Shown: positions 1 to 12,539, counted from the first letter of the stretch. The stretch: DNA of 64,000 bases from Eledone cirrhosa (GCA_964016885.1 OZ024741.1:173352001-173416000), one strand, 5' to 3'. Notes: generated from the letters alone by a model not told the origin. Numbers and translations are program-made.

Positions 1-457
1 TTACTCTAGAGTTTCACCTGTTTATCACAGGGTCATTAGACAAGTATGTATATGTGAATGTACATCATGTATATGTGTGTGTTTGTTTGTGTGTTCATAT
101 ATACATATTTTAAATTTACACTGCAACCAAACAAAATCTTGTTAAACCTATTGATTTGAAAGAAAAAAAAAACAAAGAACAAGAAAAATACAGAAAATTA
201 TATTGAAAGATATTTTGCTACAGTATTTATTGCAATAATCTTAATACTAGTTTCACCAAACTATAATTAAAGAAAAATGATAATAATTGTTTTGCAAATA
301 TAATATTCTCCTGCTCATTAAGTTTAACAGAACTGCTTCTGTTGATGATGGTTTTGTTGAGCTTAACCACAATCCTTAATGTGTTCAACATTTTAACCAT
401 TTCCATACCAACCTGGAAAAAGCCAGTTCTGGTTCTATAAATCAGAGTCACTCATTT

Positions 458-664
458 TAACTCTTAACATCCTGTAAATAATTTAGCAGAAAATATCTGA
501 AAATAGTTTTGTTAATTTAAATGTATATAGTGTGGACACATTATTGTTAAAATTTGTTGTTGACTCATGTAAATTTTTAATGTGATGCAATCATAGTGCT
601 GCTTTGTACTTTTCAAAAATGATTTACTAATGTGAATTTATGTGGTATAGGATGTTTAGAGTTC
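458..664. mobile_element. degenerate TTAA-type (piggyBac-like) MITE
   Basis: TTAACTCTTAACATCCT at the left end and AGGATGTTTAGAGTTCA at the right end form imperfect TIRs; the right part is similar to ~19020-19113, which ends GGACATTAAGAGTTAA. Confidence 0.45.
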
Positions 665-868
665 AAGAGTACGAATTTAAATTAAAATCTTCCCGCATAA
701 TTTTTTATATAAGAACCATGTGTTAAGTTACTATCTTAATAATGAAATTATCATTGTCACATTTTCTCTGCAAGCAAGGTTTGAACAAATTAATAATGTT
801 AGTAAGTTCCTAAAAATTATTAATTAATTAATTGAAATACAGTGTTTATTTTATTAGAAATACAGTCA

Positions 869-1102
869 TTAACCCTTTAGCATTTACATTACTCTATGTA
901 TATATATTATTATATTTTCATGATAAAGACTTTACCTCATACAATTATGTCACATGACATCGAATCTATGATATTTTGATATTATGATATTTTGAGAACA
1001 ATACCTTAACATAAGTATGAGCAGACAGTTACAGCCAGTTTTAATAGAAAGAAGTGAGAGAATGGTGGCTGGATATGACCAGTTTAAATGCTAAAGGGTT
1101 AA
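869..1102 (+). mobile_element. piggyBac-derived MITE (uninterrupted reference copy)
   Basis: TTAA|CCCTTTAGCATTTA ... TAAATGCTAAAGGG|TTAA TIRs with TTAA target duplication; homologous copies at 25108, 36244 and 36606. Confidence 0.8.
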
Positions 1103-1422
1103 GTCAACAGTACACTTATCATCAGTTATAGGGTGTCTCAAATATTTGCAACAGTGAACTATGTAATATCTTTCTTATTTTGATTCTCTTGGAAGGAAAG
1201 AGTTGGAATCGGTGTTATCAATGGTTTTGATTCTCTCTCTACCATTTCTGGCACTGTTTGTGGCTATATGGAGGCATTTTCGAATTATTTAGGATCTTGT
1301 GACTGTTTTATTTGATTTGTATTAAGGCTTCAGGAATATTTCATTAAACTGAGTCACTATCTAGACTCAAATCAGCTGTGTTGTGTTTGTGTTATACTGA
1401 GTCTGTATATCTGTGATTTGGA

Positions 1423-1560
<138 letters not shown>

Positions 1561-1561
1561 A

Positions 1562-2807
1562 CTATAAAGTTCTAGTATGTAGAAAGGAAAATAGGGTACA
1601 GGTACCCTCTGGGAAATGGCCATGCTCAGTGTGTAGGAAAGGAGTAGGCAGAAATTCCATATTATGTCCCAAATGCAAACTATGGGTACATAAAAGATGT
1701 AGTGGGATCACAGGTAAGCTATCTAAGAACGTAGATTTTATATGTGGCCGATGCTCAGGTGCAATAAGTAGCAAGTGCCCACAGGATACTAACTCTTTCT
1801 ATTGCCCAGATGGTTCTATAGAAATAGTGGACACCTTCCGTTACCTGGGTGACAAAATCAGCAGTGGTGGAGGGTGCTCTGAAAGTACAGTAGCCAGAGT
1901 CAGAACTGGATGGAAAAAGTTCAGAGAGCTTATACCACTATTGGCTACTAAAGGTTTCTCTCTAAAAATGAAAGGCAGATTGTATGATGCCTGTATACGA
2001 ACAGCAATGTTACATAGCAGTGAGACATGGGCTTTGTGTGCAGAGGATCTGCGCAGACTGGAGAGGAACAAAGCATCCATGCTCCGTTGGATGTGTAATA
2101 GTAATATACGCGAACGGCAAAGCATAAATGAACTAAGTGAGAAATTAGGAATAAGAGGGATCAGATGCTGTTTACTCGAGAGAAGACTACGTTGGTATGG
2201 TCACGTGATGCGCATGAAAGACGACAGTTGTATAAAAAAGTGCAGGGCGATCAAAATTAATGGAAGTTACAAGTAGGTAGACCCAGAAAAACCTGGGACA
2301 ATTTGATAAATTCCGACCTTACACACTTACACCTCTCTAAGACAATGTCACTGGACCGAGATCTTTGGCGCTACACAGTAATACAGAAGACCCGCCTTGC
2401 CTATGTACAAAGCAAAACCTACAGTCAGTAGGCACCTCTTAACCGAATATATACCCCAATCCCACTACCCCTACACCCCCACCCCTACTCCCACCAACAC
2501 CACCCTTTCTCCGTTGGTACCATAACATCCAGTCCAAAATAAATGAAGTCGTGTAGGTGTCACAACAAAAAAAACATAGTCCACGCTGTAATGTGGCTGT
2601 GTAGGTAACACGGTAGAAACCTCCCAGTCCACACTGTAAACGTGGTTGGTGTTAGGAAGACATCCAGCCGTAGAAAACCTGCCAGACAGTCCTATATGAG
2701 CGAGACATGGTCACTCGACCAATCTTGCACCAAGTAGGACAATTCCCATCTAAACCCATGCTAGCATGGAAGATAGACGTTAAACGATGATGATGATGAT
2801 AATGATG
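1562..2807 (+). mobile_element. 5'-truncated RTE-clade LINE (RT C-terminal part with PHD finger, 3' UTR, (GAT)n tail)
   Basis: ORF with [18 protein letters not shown] and GRPRKTW-type motifs typical of RTE ORF2; ends GGAAGATAGACGTTAAAC(GAT)n. Confidence 0.9.
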
Positions 2808-2892
2808 TGATTAATGCAAAAAGAAAACCAAGGCTGTTATTCAAATTCCATCTTTAATTTCTACAATTGCTTCTATAGAAATAAATGTAGCG

Positions 2893-2934
2893 CCAGTATA
2901 CCAGTATACCAGTATACCAGTATACCAGTATACC
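2893..2934. repeat. (CCAGTATA)5 tandem octamer
   Basis: five direct 8-bp units visible. Confidence 0.85.
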
Positions 2935-2981
2935 GAGTCAATCAGTCCAACAATTAAAAATAGAATTTGAATAACAACCTT

Positions 2982-3165
2982 GCAGTATCGGTAGAGCATC
3001 AGATGCCATGCTTTGCAGCATAGAGTTATGTCCCTTTACGTTCTGAGTTCAAATCCCGCTGAGGTTAACGTTGCCTTTCATCCTTACGGGGTTGATAAAA
3101 TAAAGTACCAGTAATGCACTGGAATAATTGCTGGCCTTGTGCCAAAAGTAGAAACAATTAATTAT
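2982..3165 (+). mobile_element. tRNA-derived SINE, Nin/Deu-like central domain
   Basis: A-box-like GCAGTATCGGTAGAG, B-box GAGTTCAAATCCC, central GCCTTTCATCCTTACGGGGTTGATAAAATAAAGTACCAG, ATT-rich tail. Confidence 0.85.
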
Positions 3166-3606
3166 TTATACTCGGCAGCTTTCACTTTCTTCATCTACCA
3201 GTATTGTAACCCATCGGAGTACACCTTTGACTTAGATTCCTGCATGCTGTCGACTTTAATAATGCATCAAGCTTGACGCACCTTACCAAAATATTAATGA
3301 ATTATTCCACTCTTATTCTCTCTCACTCTCTCTCTTTCTCTCTCTCTCTCTCTATATTTGTATATATACAAATGGAAGTTCAGCATAATCGAAGCTCTGG
3401 CTGCAGCTAAGCTAATGAATGCAATCGGAATGTGCAGCTAAGCACTCAATAAGGTATTTTACCTTAGAGTGATAACATTACGTTTAGACAGCTTTGCAAA
3501 TTGAAGATTGCGACCGGTAAGCCAGCCGTAGGGACCAAAGCAACGAGAAAACTGACTGAGGATAATTTGACAAACTTCTATATATATATATATGTATGTA
3601 TATGTA

Positions 3607-4983
3607 TCATCATCATCATCATCATCGTTTAACGTCCATCTTCCACGCTAGCTTGGGTTAGACGGTTTTGTTCCATTTGATGCGGGAATGGTTGGGAGAC
3701 CATGTCTCGGTTGTACAGAAGTGTCTCTGGCAGGTTTTTTTACAGCTGGATGCCCTTCCTAACACCAACCACATTTACAGTGTGGACTGGGAGCCTTTTT
3801 ACCGTGTCTCCTACATGATCACCTTTCAGTGTGGACTGTTGTGTCATCAACACAGTGGATCGAACAGGAAAGGGGGGGATGGGGTAGGATGTGTGGGGTG
3901 GGATGTACATTGGGTTAAGAGGTGCCTACTGACTCTAGGTTTGTATGAAAGGGAAGGCGGGTCTTCTGTACAACTGCATGGCGGCAAAGATCTTCATTGT
4001 CTTAGAGAGGTGTAAGTGAGCAAGGTCAGTTTTTATCACCTCATCCCAGGTTTTTCTTGGTGTACCTACTCCATAGCTTCCATCAATTTTCATTGCCCTG
4101 CACTTTTTTATACAGCTGTCGTCCTTCATACGCATCACATGTCCATACCAACGCAATCTCCTCTCCAGAACAAAAACATTTGACACCTCTTATGCTTAGT
4201 CTCTCTCTCAATTCATTTATGCTTCGTCATTCATGCACATTACTATTACACATCCAACCGGAGCATGCAAGCTTCATTACTTTCTAACCTATGCAAGTCT
4301 TCAGCATACAATGCCCAGGTCTCACTACCATGTAATATTGCCATTCGTATACAGGCATCATACAATCTGCCTTCACTTTTAGAGAAAAACTCCTTCTGGC
4401 CAACAGTGATATTAGCTCTCTCAATTTTTTCCATCCCGTTCTAACTCTGGCTTCTATACTTTCAGAGCACCCTCCTCCACTGCTGATTTTTTCACCCAGG
4501 TAATGGAAAGTGTCTTATTTCTATAGAACCATCTGGGCAGTTGAAGGAGATAGCATCCAGTGGGTCCTTGCTACTTACTACACCTGAGCATCGGCCACAT
4601 ATAAAATCTACATTCTTAGATAGCTTACCTGTGATCCCACTACATCTTTTATGTATCCATAGTTTGCATTTTGGACATAGAATGGAATTACTACCTACTC
4701 CTTTCTTACACACTGAGCATGGCCATTTCCCAGAGGGCACCTGTGCCCTATTCTCCTTTCTACATACTAGAACTTTAGTCTTAGATAAGTTAACTCTAAG
4801 GCCTTTTGATTCAAGGCCATGCTTCCATGTTTGGAACTTCTTCTCTAGTTCAGTCATGGATTCAGCTATGAGAGTTAGATCTGCATATAGAAGTTCCCAT
4901 GGGCAGCCAGTCTTAAACCCTTCTGTTATAGCCTTTAGGACAATAATAAACAGGAGGGGGCTAAGGATGGAGCCTTGTTGAAC

Positions 4984-4987
<4 letters not shown>
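3607..4987 (-). mobile_element. 5'-truncated, frameshifted RTE LINE
   Basis: minus-strand QGSILSPLLF, ELLYADL, PHD finger and ERRLRWYGH motifs; (CAT)n on + strand is the 3' tail; both ends abut (TA)n. Confidence 0.9.
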
Positions 4988-5016
<29 letters not shown>

Positions 5017-5024
<8 letters not shown>

Positions 5025-5385
5025 GGAAAGTGAGGTTCTATACAAAACAGTGGATATAGAGAAAAGATGAAGTTGGAAATAGCACGGGAGATATATTTAA
5101 GGGTCTGTTTTTCTTTTTTGTAAAAAGTTATTTAACTTTTTACACTACATTTGACAAGATGGATTTTAATACATCGAAACCGGTCATTTTCTCATATACT
5201 TTATATACTTCATAAAAAAATGTTTAAAAAAGAATTGTCCCTTTCTTCTTTTAATAACATTATCTTTTTAATAACACTATCTTTTTAATAATGTCACTTT
5301 GACGAATCAAAAAAGAAAAACAGACCCTTAAATATATCTCTCGTGCTATTTCCAACTTCATCTTTTCTCTCTCTCGCTCTCTCTC
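5017..5385 (+). mobile_element. Penelope-like pLTR fragment with inverted repeat and decayed hammerhead
   Basis: 5058-5120 is the reverse complement of 5308-5370; internal TTGACAA-GATG..CATC-GAAAC-CG-GTC (5151-5185) resembles a mutated hammerhead core. Confidence 0.5.
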
Positions 5386-5405
5386 TATATATATATATAT
5401 ATATA

Positions 5406-8400
5406 TCATCATCATCATCATTTTACGTCCGCTCTTCCCTGCTCGCAAGGGTGGGATGGGTCTTATTCGGCACAGCATCTCTCCACTCGTCACGGTCCTT
5501 CGTCATCTCCACCGTGAGTTTCAACGATCTGAGGTCTGTTCTCACCACCTCCGCCCACATGTTTTTCGTGGTCTACCTCACCCACGTCTTCCTTCAACTG
5601 GCATTTCCTGGTACTTCTTCACCCATCGCTCATCCTCCATGCGCATCACATGTCCATACCACCTCAGTCTCCTCTCCCGTACACTACATTCTATCCCTCT
5701 CAGACACAGTTTCTCTCTCAACACATTTATGCTGGGTCGTTCACGCACATTTACATTGCACATCCAACGGAGCATGCTTGCCTCATTTCTCTTCAGCCGT
5801 TGCATATCCTCTGCAGTTGCTGCCCATGTCTCACTACCATGCAGCATCGCGCTCCTCACACAAGCCTTTCGTACGCAGGGAGAAACCCTTCTTCGTCAGC
5901 AGAGGAAGCAGCTCGCTAAACTTCTTCCAACCCATCCTTATTCTAGATACTATGACCTCGGAACACCCTCCTCCCATGCTAATCTGATCTCCTAGGTACC
6001 GGGAGCTATCCACCACTTCTATAGCACTCTCCTGCATTTGAAAAATGTGTCTATCAATGCAACTTCTACTGTCTAATTTCCCTGTACATCTACTGCATAC
6101 ATATTTCTCCCTTACCCAGGATCTGCATTGTGTGCATTTTATAGAATTTATGCCAGTTCCTTTTCTGCGTATCAAACATGGCCATTTCCCTGACGGAATC
6201 AGAGTTTTGTCCTCTTTTCTACTCATCAACACTTTTGTCTTAGCTAGGTTCACTCTCAGTCCTCTTGCTTCCAACTGCTGTTTCCATAGCCAGAATTTAT
6301 TCTCTAGCTCCTCTACTGATTCTGCTATAAGAACCAGATCATCAGCATAGAGAAGTTCCCATGGACAGCCAGTCTTAAACTCCTCTGTTATGGCTTGGAG
6401 GACTATAATGAACAAGAGCGGGCTGAGAACCGAACCTTGATGTACTCCTACTTATATCTGGAATTCCTCACTAAACTCCATTCCTACCCTTACTTTAGTG
6501 AGAGTACCTCTGTACAAAGTTTGCACTATCCTCACAAGCCATTCCTCAACACCTAGTTTCCTTAGGGACCACCAGATGGCAGATCGGGGTACCCTATCAA
6601 AGGCCTTCTCTAAGTCAACAAAGGCTAAGTATAGTGACTTATTTTTCTCTAAGAACCTCTCTTGCAATTGTCTCACCAAGAAGAGGGCATCTGTTGAACT
6701 CTTCCCAGGCACAAAACCAAACTGCATCTCATCTAGTTTTACCCTTTCTCTAATTAGTTGTGTTAATATCCTTTCTGCCACTTTCATAACCTGATCCATC
6801 AGTTAACCCCTATAATTGCTCCACTTTGTAGCAATTTATGAGAATACTGCTGCACCAGTCTTTGGGTATGACACCACCATATATAGCCTGATTGATGATG
6901 TGTGCAACCAGTTTAGTGCCTACGTCCCCTGATGCCTTCAGCATCTCAGCAACTATTCCCGATGGTCCAGCAGCCTTACCATTTTTCATTTCCTTAATCG
7001 CCTCTTGGACCCTATATTCGTCAATCTCAATAGCTGGTCCCTCTGTCAGATCTACTAAGGGTAATTTCTCTCTCTCCCATTCGTTCTCCACATTCATCAG
7101 TCTCTCATAATGACATTTCCAGGCCTCCTTTTTCAGATCATTCGTGACACTAAGTACACCGGCATCATCCCGGACCCACTTATCTCCAACAACATCCTGA
7201 TTTGCATTGACACACTGTCTGCAATGTGGAACACCGCATGCCTCTGATCTTCCCGTCGCAGAACATTGGCAAACCTCCTACTCTTAGCCTCCCTGTGTGC
7301 TAAGTACACCTGATGTCTAGCTTCTCTCTTAGCGGCTGTATATTCTTCCCTACTCCCACCCTTTTTCCAAGCCTTCCATGCTAGTCTTTTGTCTCTAATG
7401 GCCTTATCTACTGTGCTGTTCCACAACCAGGTTACTCTCTGTCTGGTTGGAGCTCTGCTCCAGCCACAAGTTTCATCAGTAGCCTGCAGCAAGTTGTCAC
7501 GTAAGAAATTCCAGTTATTTTCTATGTCATACGTCTCTAAATCGTCTTCTTTTTCGTCATATACATCTTGAAGGGCTTTCCTAAATTTGTATTTTAGTGA
7601 AAGGTCTTTTAGCTTCCAGACCTTTCTTTTCCACACCTTCCTGTATGTCTCATTCCATCTCTTGCTTACTGAGATATCACTAATGACTAACCTATGCTGT
7701 GGGGTACATTCTTCCCCAGGGTATGCCTTGGTATTAGACACTATCTGCCTGTCCCGCTGCCTAACTAGTAAGAAGTCAATCTGGCTTATGTGCTCACCAG
7801 ATTTGTAGGTTATTAGGTGATTGGCAGGTTTCTGGAAGTTTGTGTTGCAAATATTCAGTGTACTTGCATCACAAAATTCAAGATGTCTCATTCCTTCTTC
7901 ATTTCTTGAGCCGTAACCGTGCTCACCATGTACCCCAGTGTAACCATCCTGGAGCTGTCCAACATGACCATTGAAGTCCCCCTGCTAGCATAACGATGTC
8001 TCTGTCCTCTGTCATTGCGGTTGTTTGTAAAAGTTGCTCGTAAAAGCAGTCTTTCTCATCTTTGCCTAGGCCTGCTTGGGGAGCATAGGCAGAGATGATT
8101 GTCAGTAGTCTCCTGCCTACAACTAATCTAAGCTTAATCATTCGATTACTAACTCAAACTTCCTCTATTGTCTTATTGATCCATCTCTCAGTCAGGAAAA
8201 TGCCTACTCCCCCTAACCCATCATCCTTACCTACCCAGAAAAGCTTATAGCTAAGATGTTTGCCTGCGACTAGTCTCGCAGAGGCACCTCTCCATCTCAC
8301 CTCTTGCACGCAGCACACATCCACATGCCTTCTCTCCAGCATCTCCGCTATTTCAGCAGATCTACCTCTGAGAGTGCAAACATTAAGTGTTGCAGCTCTG

Positions 8401-8461
8401 AGATGCAACGTCTTCATATTTTGTTGTTGTTCCTATTTGTTGCTGTGCTGATAAGCGTTTT

Positions 8462-8465
<4 letters not shown>
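5406..8465 (-). mobile_element. near full-length RTE LINE ORF2 (AP endonuclease + RT), pseudogenised
   Basis: successive frameshifted ORFs: TLNV..QEVRW, SAYAPQ, SQIDF..PQHRLV (APE); KAAGPSG, QFGF, FVDLEKAFD, YADDLVL, RYLG (RT); (CAT)n tail at 5406. Confidence 0.95.
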
Positions 8466-8505
<40 letters not shown>

Positions 8506-8508
<3 letters not shown>

Positions 8509-8597
8509 GGACTCGAAATCGTAAGGTTGTGAGTTCAATTCCTGGACCAGGTGATGCGTTATGTCCTTGAGCAAGACACTTTATTTCACGTTGCTCC
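8506..8597 (+). mobile_element. CORE-like SINE head fragment
   Basis: GTGAGTTCAATTCC B-box followed by GTCCTTGAGCAAGACACTTTATTTCAC. Confidence 0.7.
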
Positions 8598-8769
8598 TTC
8601 TACCTGGAGTTGCGACCGATAGATAGTATTAGCAATTGGAAAGACCAACGGAAACATTGTTCCCTCGGTCCGATTTGACGAAAGTCGATCGTTCCTATAT
8701 ATATAAAATATTAAAAAAATAATGAATAAAACAATGAAACAGTTCCTTATATTAAACAAAAAAAGTTCA

Positions 8770-8914
8770 TTATTTAACGATCGTTTCTAGGACATATATG
8801 TGTTAGAATTGGCATGCATATTCAACAGATCTATGTACAAAATTATACAAAATTATACAAACTATCAAATAGAATATACATACCAACACATACATATGCC
8901 GTCTTCAGAAATAA
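8770..8914 (-). ncRNA. type I hammerhead ribozyme
   Basis: minus strand: TTATTT-CTGAAGA-[114-nt stem II region, GGCATATGTATGTGTTGG pairing with CTAACACATATATGTCC]-GAAAC-GATC-GTT-AAATAA; stem I TTATTT/AAATAA; palindromic stem III CGATCG. Confidence 0.75.
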
Positions 8915-8915
8915 T

Positions 8916-9097
8916 TGTTTCTACTTTTGGCACAAAGCCAGCAATTATCCCAGTACATTACTGGTACTTTATTTTATCGACCCCGTAAGGATGAAAGGCA
9001 AAGTAAACCTCGGCGGGATTTGAACTCAGATCGTAAAGGGACGTAACTATGCTGGAAAGCATGGCGTCCGACCTTCTACCGATACTGCCAATCCACC
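8916..9097 (-). mobile_element. young Nin-like SINE with 18-bp TSD
   Basis: TSD GCCGTCTTCAGAAATAAT at 8898-8915 and 9098-9115. Confidence 0.9.
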
Positions 9098-9390
9098 GCC
9101 GTCTTCAGAAATAATGAAATATATTTATTGATAATAACAACAATTCAAAATTACAGGTCTGTTTGGGAACAGAGTTCAAATAGACCAATGAAATACACAA
9201 AAATATATCAAGAAAATACAGTTAGGTGTGTGTATATATGTAAGTAACTTCGTTCACAGATATGCATAAAAATATATAAAGTGATTTTTGAATGCATCTC
9301 TTCTTTCCATGATATCCGGATTACATTGAGTTCTTCATACGGATTGGACACTACCGTAAACTACCGTAAACTTTTGGTAGATTTATCTAC

Positions 9391-9447
<57 letters not shown>

Positions 9448-9475
9448 TAAATTTATATATATATATATGCTAGAT

Positions 9476-9820
9476 GGAGGCACATGGCTTAGTGGTTAGA
9501 GCATTGGCCTTGCAATCGAAAGGTTGTGAGTTCAATTCTCAGACCGGGTGATGTGTTGTTTCCTTGAGCAAGACACTTTATTTCACATTGCTCAAGTTTA
9601 CTCAGCTGTAGAAATGAGATGATAGGGACTGGGGTTCCTATCATTCCACTGCAAAGTGGCCGTGGAGGTGCCACGGCAAAAAAAACACCCAGCACTCACT
9701 GTAAATGAGGTTGGTGTTAGGAAGGGCATCCAGCTGTAGAAATCAAGCCAGAATCAGTTCCCGTCCCACCCTTGCAAGCAGGGAAAAGTGGACGTAAAAT
9801 GAAATGATGATGAATGATGA

Positions 9821-9823
<3 letters not shown>
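9476..9823 (+). mobile_element. tRNA-derived CORE-like SINE with RTE-derived 3' tail
   Basis: GGAGGCACATGGCTTAGTGGTTAGAGC A-box, GTGAGTTCAATTC B-box, CCTTGAGCAAGACACTT, tail CCCACCCTTGCAAGCAGGGAAAAGTGGACGTAAAATG(ATG)n matching the RTE 3' end at 5406-5460. Confidence 0.85.
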
Positions 9824-9858
<35 letters not shown>

Positions 9859-9884
9859 GGAAACTATATTTATAAAACCATAAT

Positions 9885-9950
9885 TATTTTATTTTATATA
9901 TTTCAAGGGCGACCAAGGTAAATTATGGTGGGCTTTCATCAGATAAAATA
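9885..9950 (-). ncRNA. type I hammerhead ribozyme (U16.1 mutated)
   Basis: minus: TATTTTAT-CTGATGA-AAGCCCACCA..TGGTCGCCCTT-GAAA-TATATA-AA-ATAAAATA; paralog at 54811. Confidence 0.65.
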
Positions 9951-10129
9951 CAGATTTGTTTTATAAATAAATATTGACACACCCGGAAAAAAAGACAACC
10001 TCAACGGTTGAAATTCGCTGGATAGTGGAAATAATTGAGGGTGATACAAAGTTCTGAGTGAGTATGCAAATGAGTGTCAGAAAAATTGAAAAAAACGGTT
10101 TATTTAAATTAAACTGTTGAAAGAAAATA

Positions 10130-10420
10130 GATGTAAAAGGGAGAGAGACAAAAAATTGAGAGGGAGAGAGATAAAGAGAAAAAATATATTGAAAGGGAGG
10201 GAGATAGAATAGTGAGATGGGAAAGAGAAGAGAATAGAAAGAGAAAGAGAGAGATAGAAGAAAAAAGATATAATATTGAGAGAGAGTGAAGGAAAGTACA
10301 AATATTGAGATGGAGAGAGAAAGGAAAAAGTATTGAGAGGGAGAGAGAAAAGAATATTGAAAAAAAGAGGGAGAAAGAGTAGTGAGAGGGAGAGAGAAGA
10401 AAGAGAGAGAGAAAGAGAGG
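10130..10420. repeat. GA-rich low-complexity tract
   Basis: purine-rich (GA)n-like sequence. Confidence 0.8.
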
Positions 10421-10840
10421 CGAAGTGAGCGAAGAAATAAATTTTATATGGATGAGTAGTCAGAATGTAAATATATTCATTATGTTATGTTTATATTATT
10501 TCATCCTTACGGGGTCGATAAAATAAAGTACCAGTAATGCACTGGGTATTTGCTGGCCTTGTGCCTAAAGTAGAAACAATTATTTATAAAGGTAAAGTTA
10601 AAAAATTAAATTAATGATAAAAAATCTTTACAAAGAATATTGTTATAATTTAGTTAAAAATTTAACCAGAAATTTAATTAAAATTTAATTAGAATTTAAT
10701 TAAAATTTAATTAATTACAATAAGATATATTACAAAAAGAAGTATTTTTTTCTTCTATCTCTCTCTTTCTTCTTGAGTGCTTTATATCAGTTATAAAAAT
10801 GTTTAAGCTTGTTGAATCCCAACAAATTAAATATAACCTC

Positions 10841-10877
<37 letters not shown>

Positions 10878-11118
10878 CACAGAAAAAAAAGAATCAGTGT
10901 TGTGATGAAAGGAATTTATTCCCACTGTTTGGTTCTTCTCGTTCTCCACATAGGGTTGTAGACCTAATCCCGTAGGATTAGAAATACCAGTGGGCTAGAA
11001 ATCCCGGTGACATGTACAATTCTTGACCACTCATGGAATGTCAACAATAGGATCTAAATCAACAAACGAAGGAATTCGATGTTAAAGGACAATAGGAAAA
11101 TCTGCTTCGTAGAATCGA

Positions 11119-11213
11119 GACGTATCCGAGGACTGCACGATTTCAGAGTCAGGTTTGATCACCATATCGATCGTGCCTCGAGCTGGTCGCCCGAGAAACA
11201 ATTGTAATATGTC
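11119..11213 (+). ncRNA. type I hammerhead ribozyme variant (CCGAGGA core)
   Basis: GACGTAT-CCGAGGA-[62 nt incl. GCACGAT/ATCGTGC stem]-GAAAC-AATT-GTA-ATATGTC; stem I GACGTAT/ATATGTC; lies within inverted repeat 10875-10920/11215-11260. Confidence 0.6.
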
Positions 11214-11749
11214 CAATAAATTTCTTTCGTCGTTACACTGATTCTCTTTTTTCTGTGATATCATACTCTGCTCTACGAGGGCATCGAGTACTCATACAGC
11301 CTACCGCATACAGACGCTTTAAGCATCCAACACTAGTTATATATATATGTATATTAGCATACCAAATAACAAAATACTAATTACACATAAATAATCTGAC
11401 AACTCATAAAATCAAGATATGAATGTGTAGAACTAGAGGGACATGATCTCTGAAACAAACCTGTAACAACATGAAGTGGAGGTAAGATCTACTGATAGGA
11501 ATGATATAACTGATACCAAAAAATGCAAGAATGATGGATGGAGTTTTTACATTATGATATGTAAACCACACTACTCCAATCAAAAACAAGGGATAAATGT
11601 ATGCATGGTCATTAAAAACTAACATTCCATATTATATTTTATAGAGAATCAGAGAGGAAAGCAGATCAAATATCAATGGAACAAGAACATGTTAATTAAG
11701 TACAATGGAAAAAGGCCAATATATTGGAAATTACTTAATACCTTAATAC

Positions 11750-12520
11750 TAATCTTCTTTTTCTACATATCCATTACCAGTGCCATGATAAAGTTCCTCC
11801 TCTAGGTTACTCTGTCCAGCATTGCCATGTGAAGTTTCCCAGCCTTCAACACATTATCATCTTCAAGTACTTCCTTCAATGTGATGTGTGGTTTCCCAAT
11901 TCGACTGTATACATTTGGTTTCCAGAGAAGAACTCTGTTTGCAGGTTCATTTGGACGATTCACATGTCCAACGAATGTAATCCTCCATTGCTTTATGAAA
12001 GGCGAGGATGTGAATCGTAAAGCATTTTATTTGCTACATGGGCTTTCCAGAAGATGTTCTGGACCTTTCTCTGCATTTGCATGTATATGCCATTGATCTT
12101 CTTTGTGAAGGTTTTTGTTAATGTCTATGGCTCACATTTGTAGAGGATAATTAACTCAACTATTGTTTTAAATAGCTTTATTTTCATTGTTTTCTTGATC
12201 TGAGACACTCAGACCTTCAATAGGGAATTGAAAGTTCTCCATGCCTTGCCTATCCTGGCATCCAGATCATGTTCTGTGTTCATGTACCTGCCTAGGTACA
12301 AGAAGTCATCTACTTCTTAAATCTCTAAACCATCTAGTGCATGCCTTTGGTTATTTAATGTTTCATTGAGATACATGAATAGTCCAATGGACTGCACTGT
12401 AGCTTCAACTCTGTGTAATACGTCATTAGCTTCTTTGATGGTGTTTTCAAAGAGAGCTATGTCATCTGCATAAGCCAGTGCAGATAGAACTTCCTCCAGA
12501 TGTCTGGTAGTTAGCCAACT
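11750..12520 (-). mobile_element. old RTE-like LINE RT remnant
   Basis: LAYADDIAL and FLYLG-like motifs on the minus strand, many stops. Confidence 0.7.
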
Positions 12521-12539
12521 TTCCTGGTAGTTTGCCAAC

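Noticed and set aside
227-451. 74-aa minus-strand ORF / possible terminal exon
   Set aside because: Has an acceptor-like TTTTTCCAG and an AATAAA, but no recognisable protein and no linked exons; cannot be supported
3540-3580. CTGAGGA near a TA tract as another hammerhead
   Set aside because: No downstream GAAA/stem III/stem I before the microsatellite
4541-7808. Plus-strand ORFs over the RTE copies
   Set aside because: Antisense shadows of the LINE ORF2
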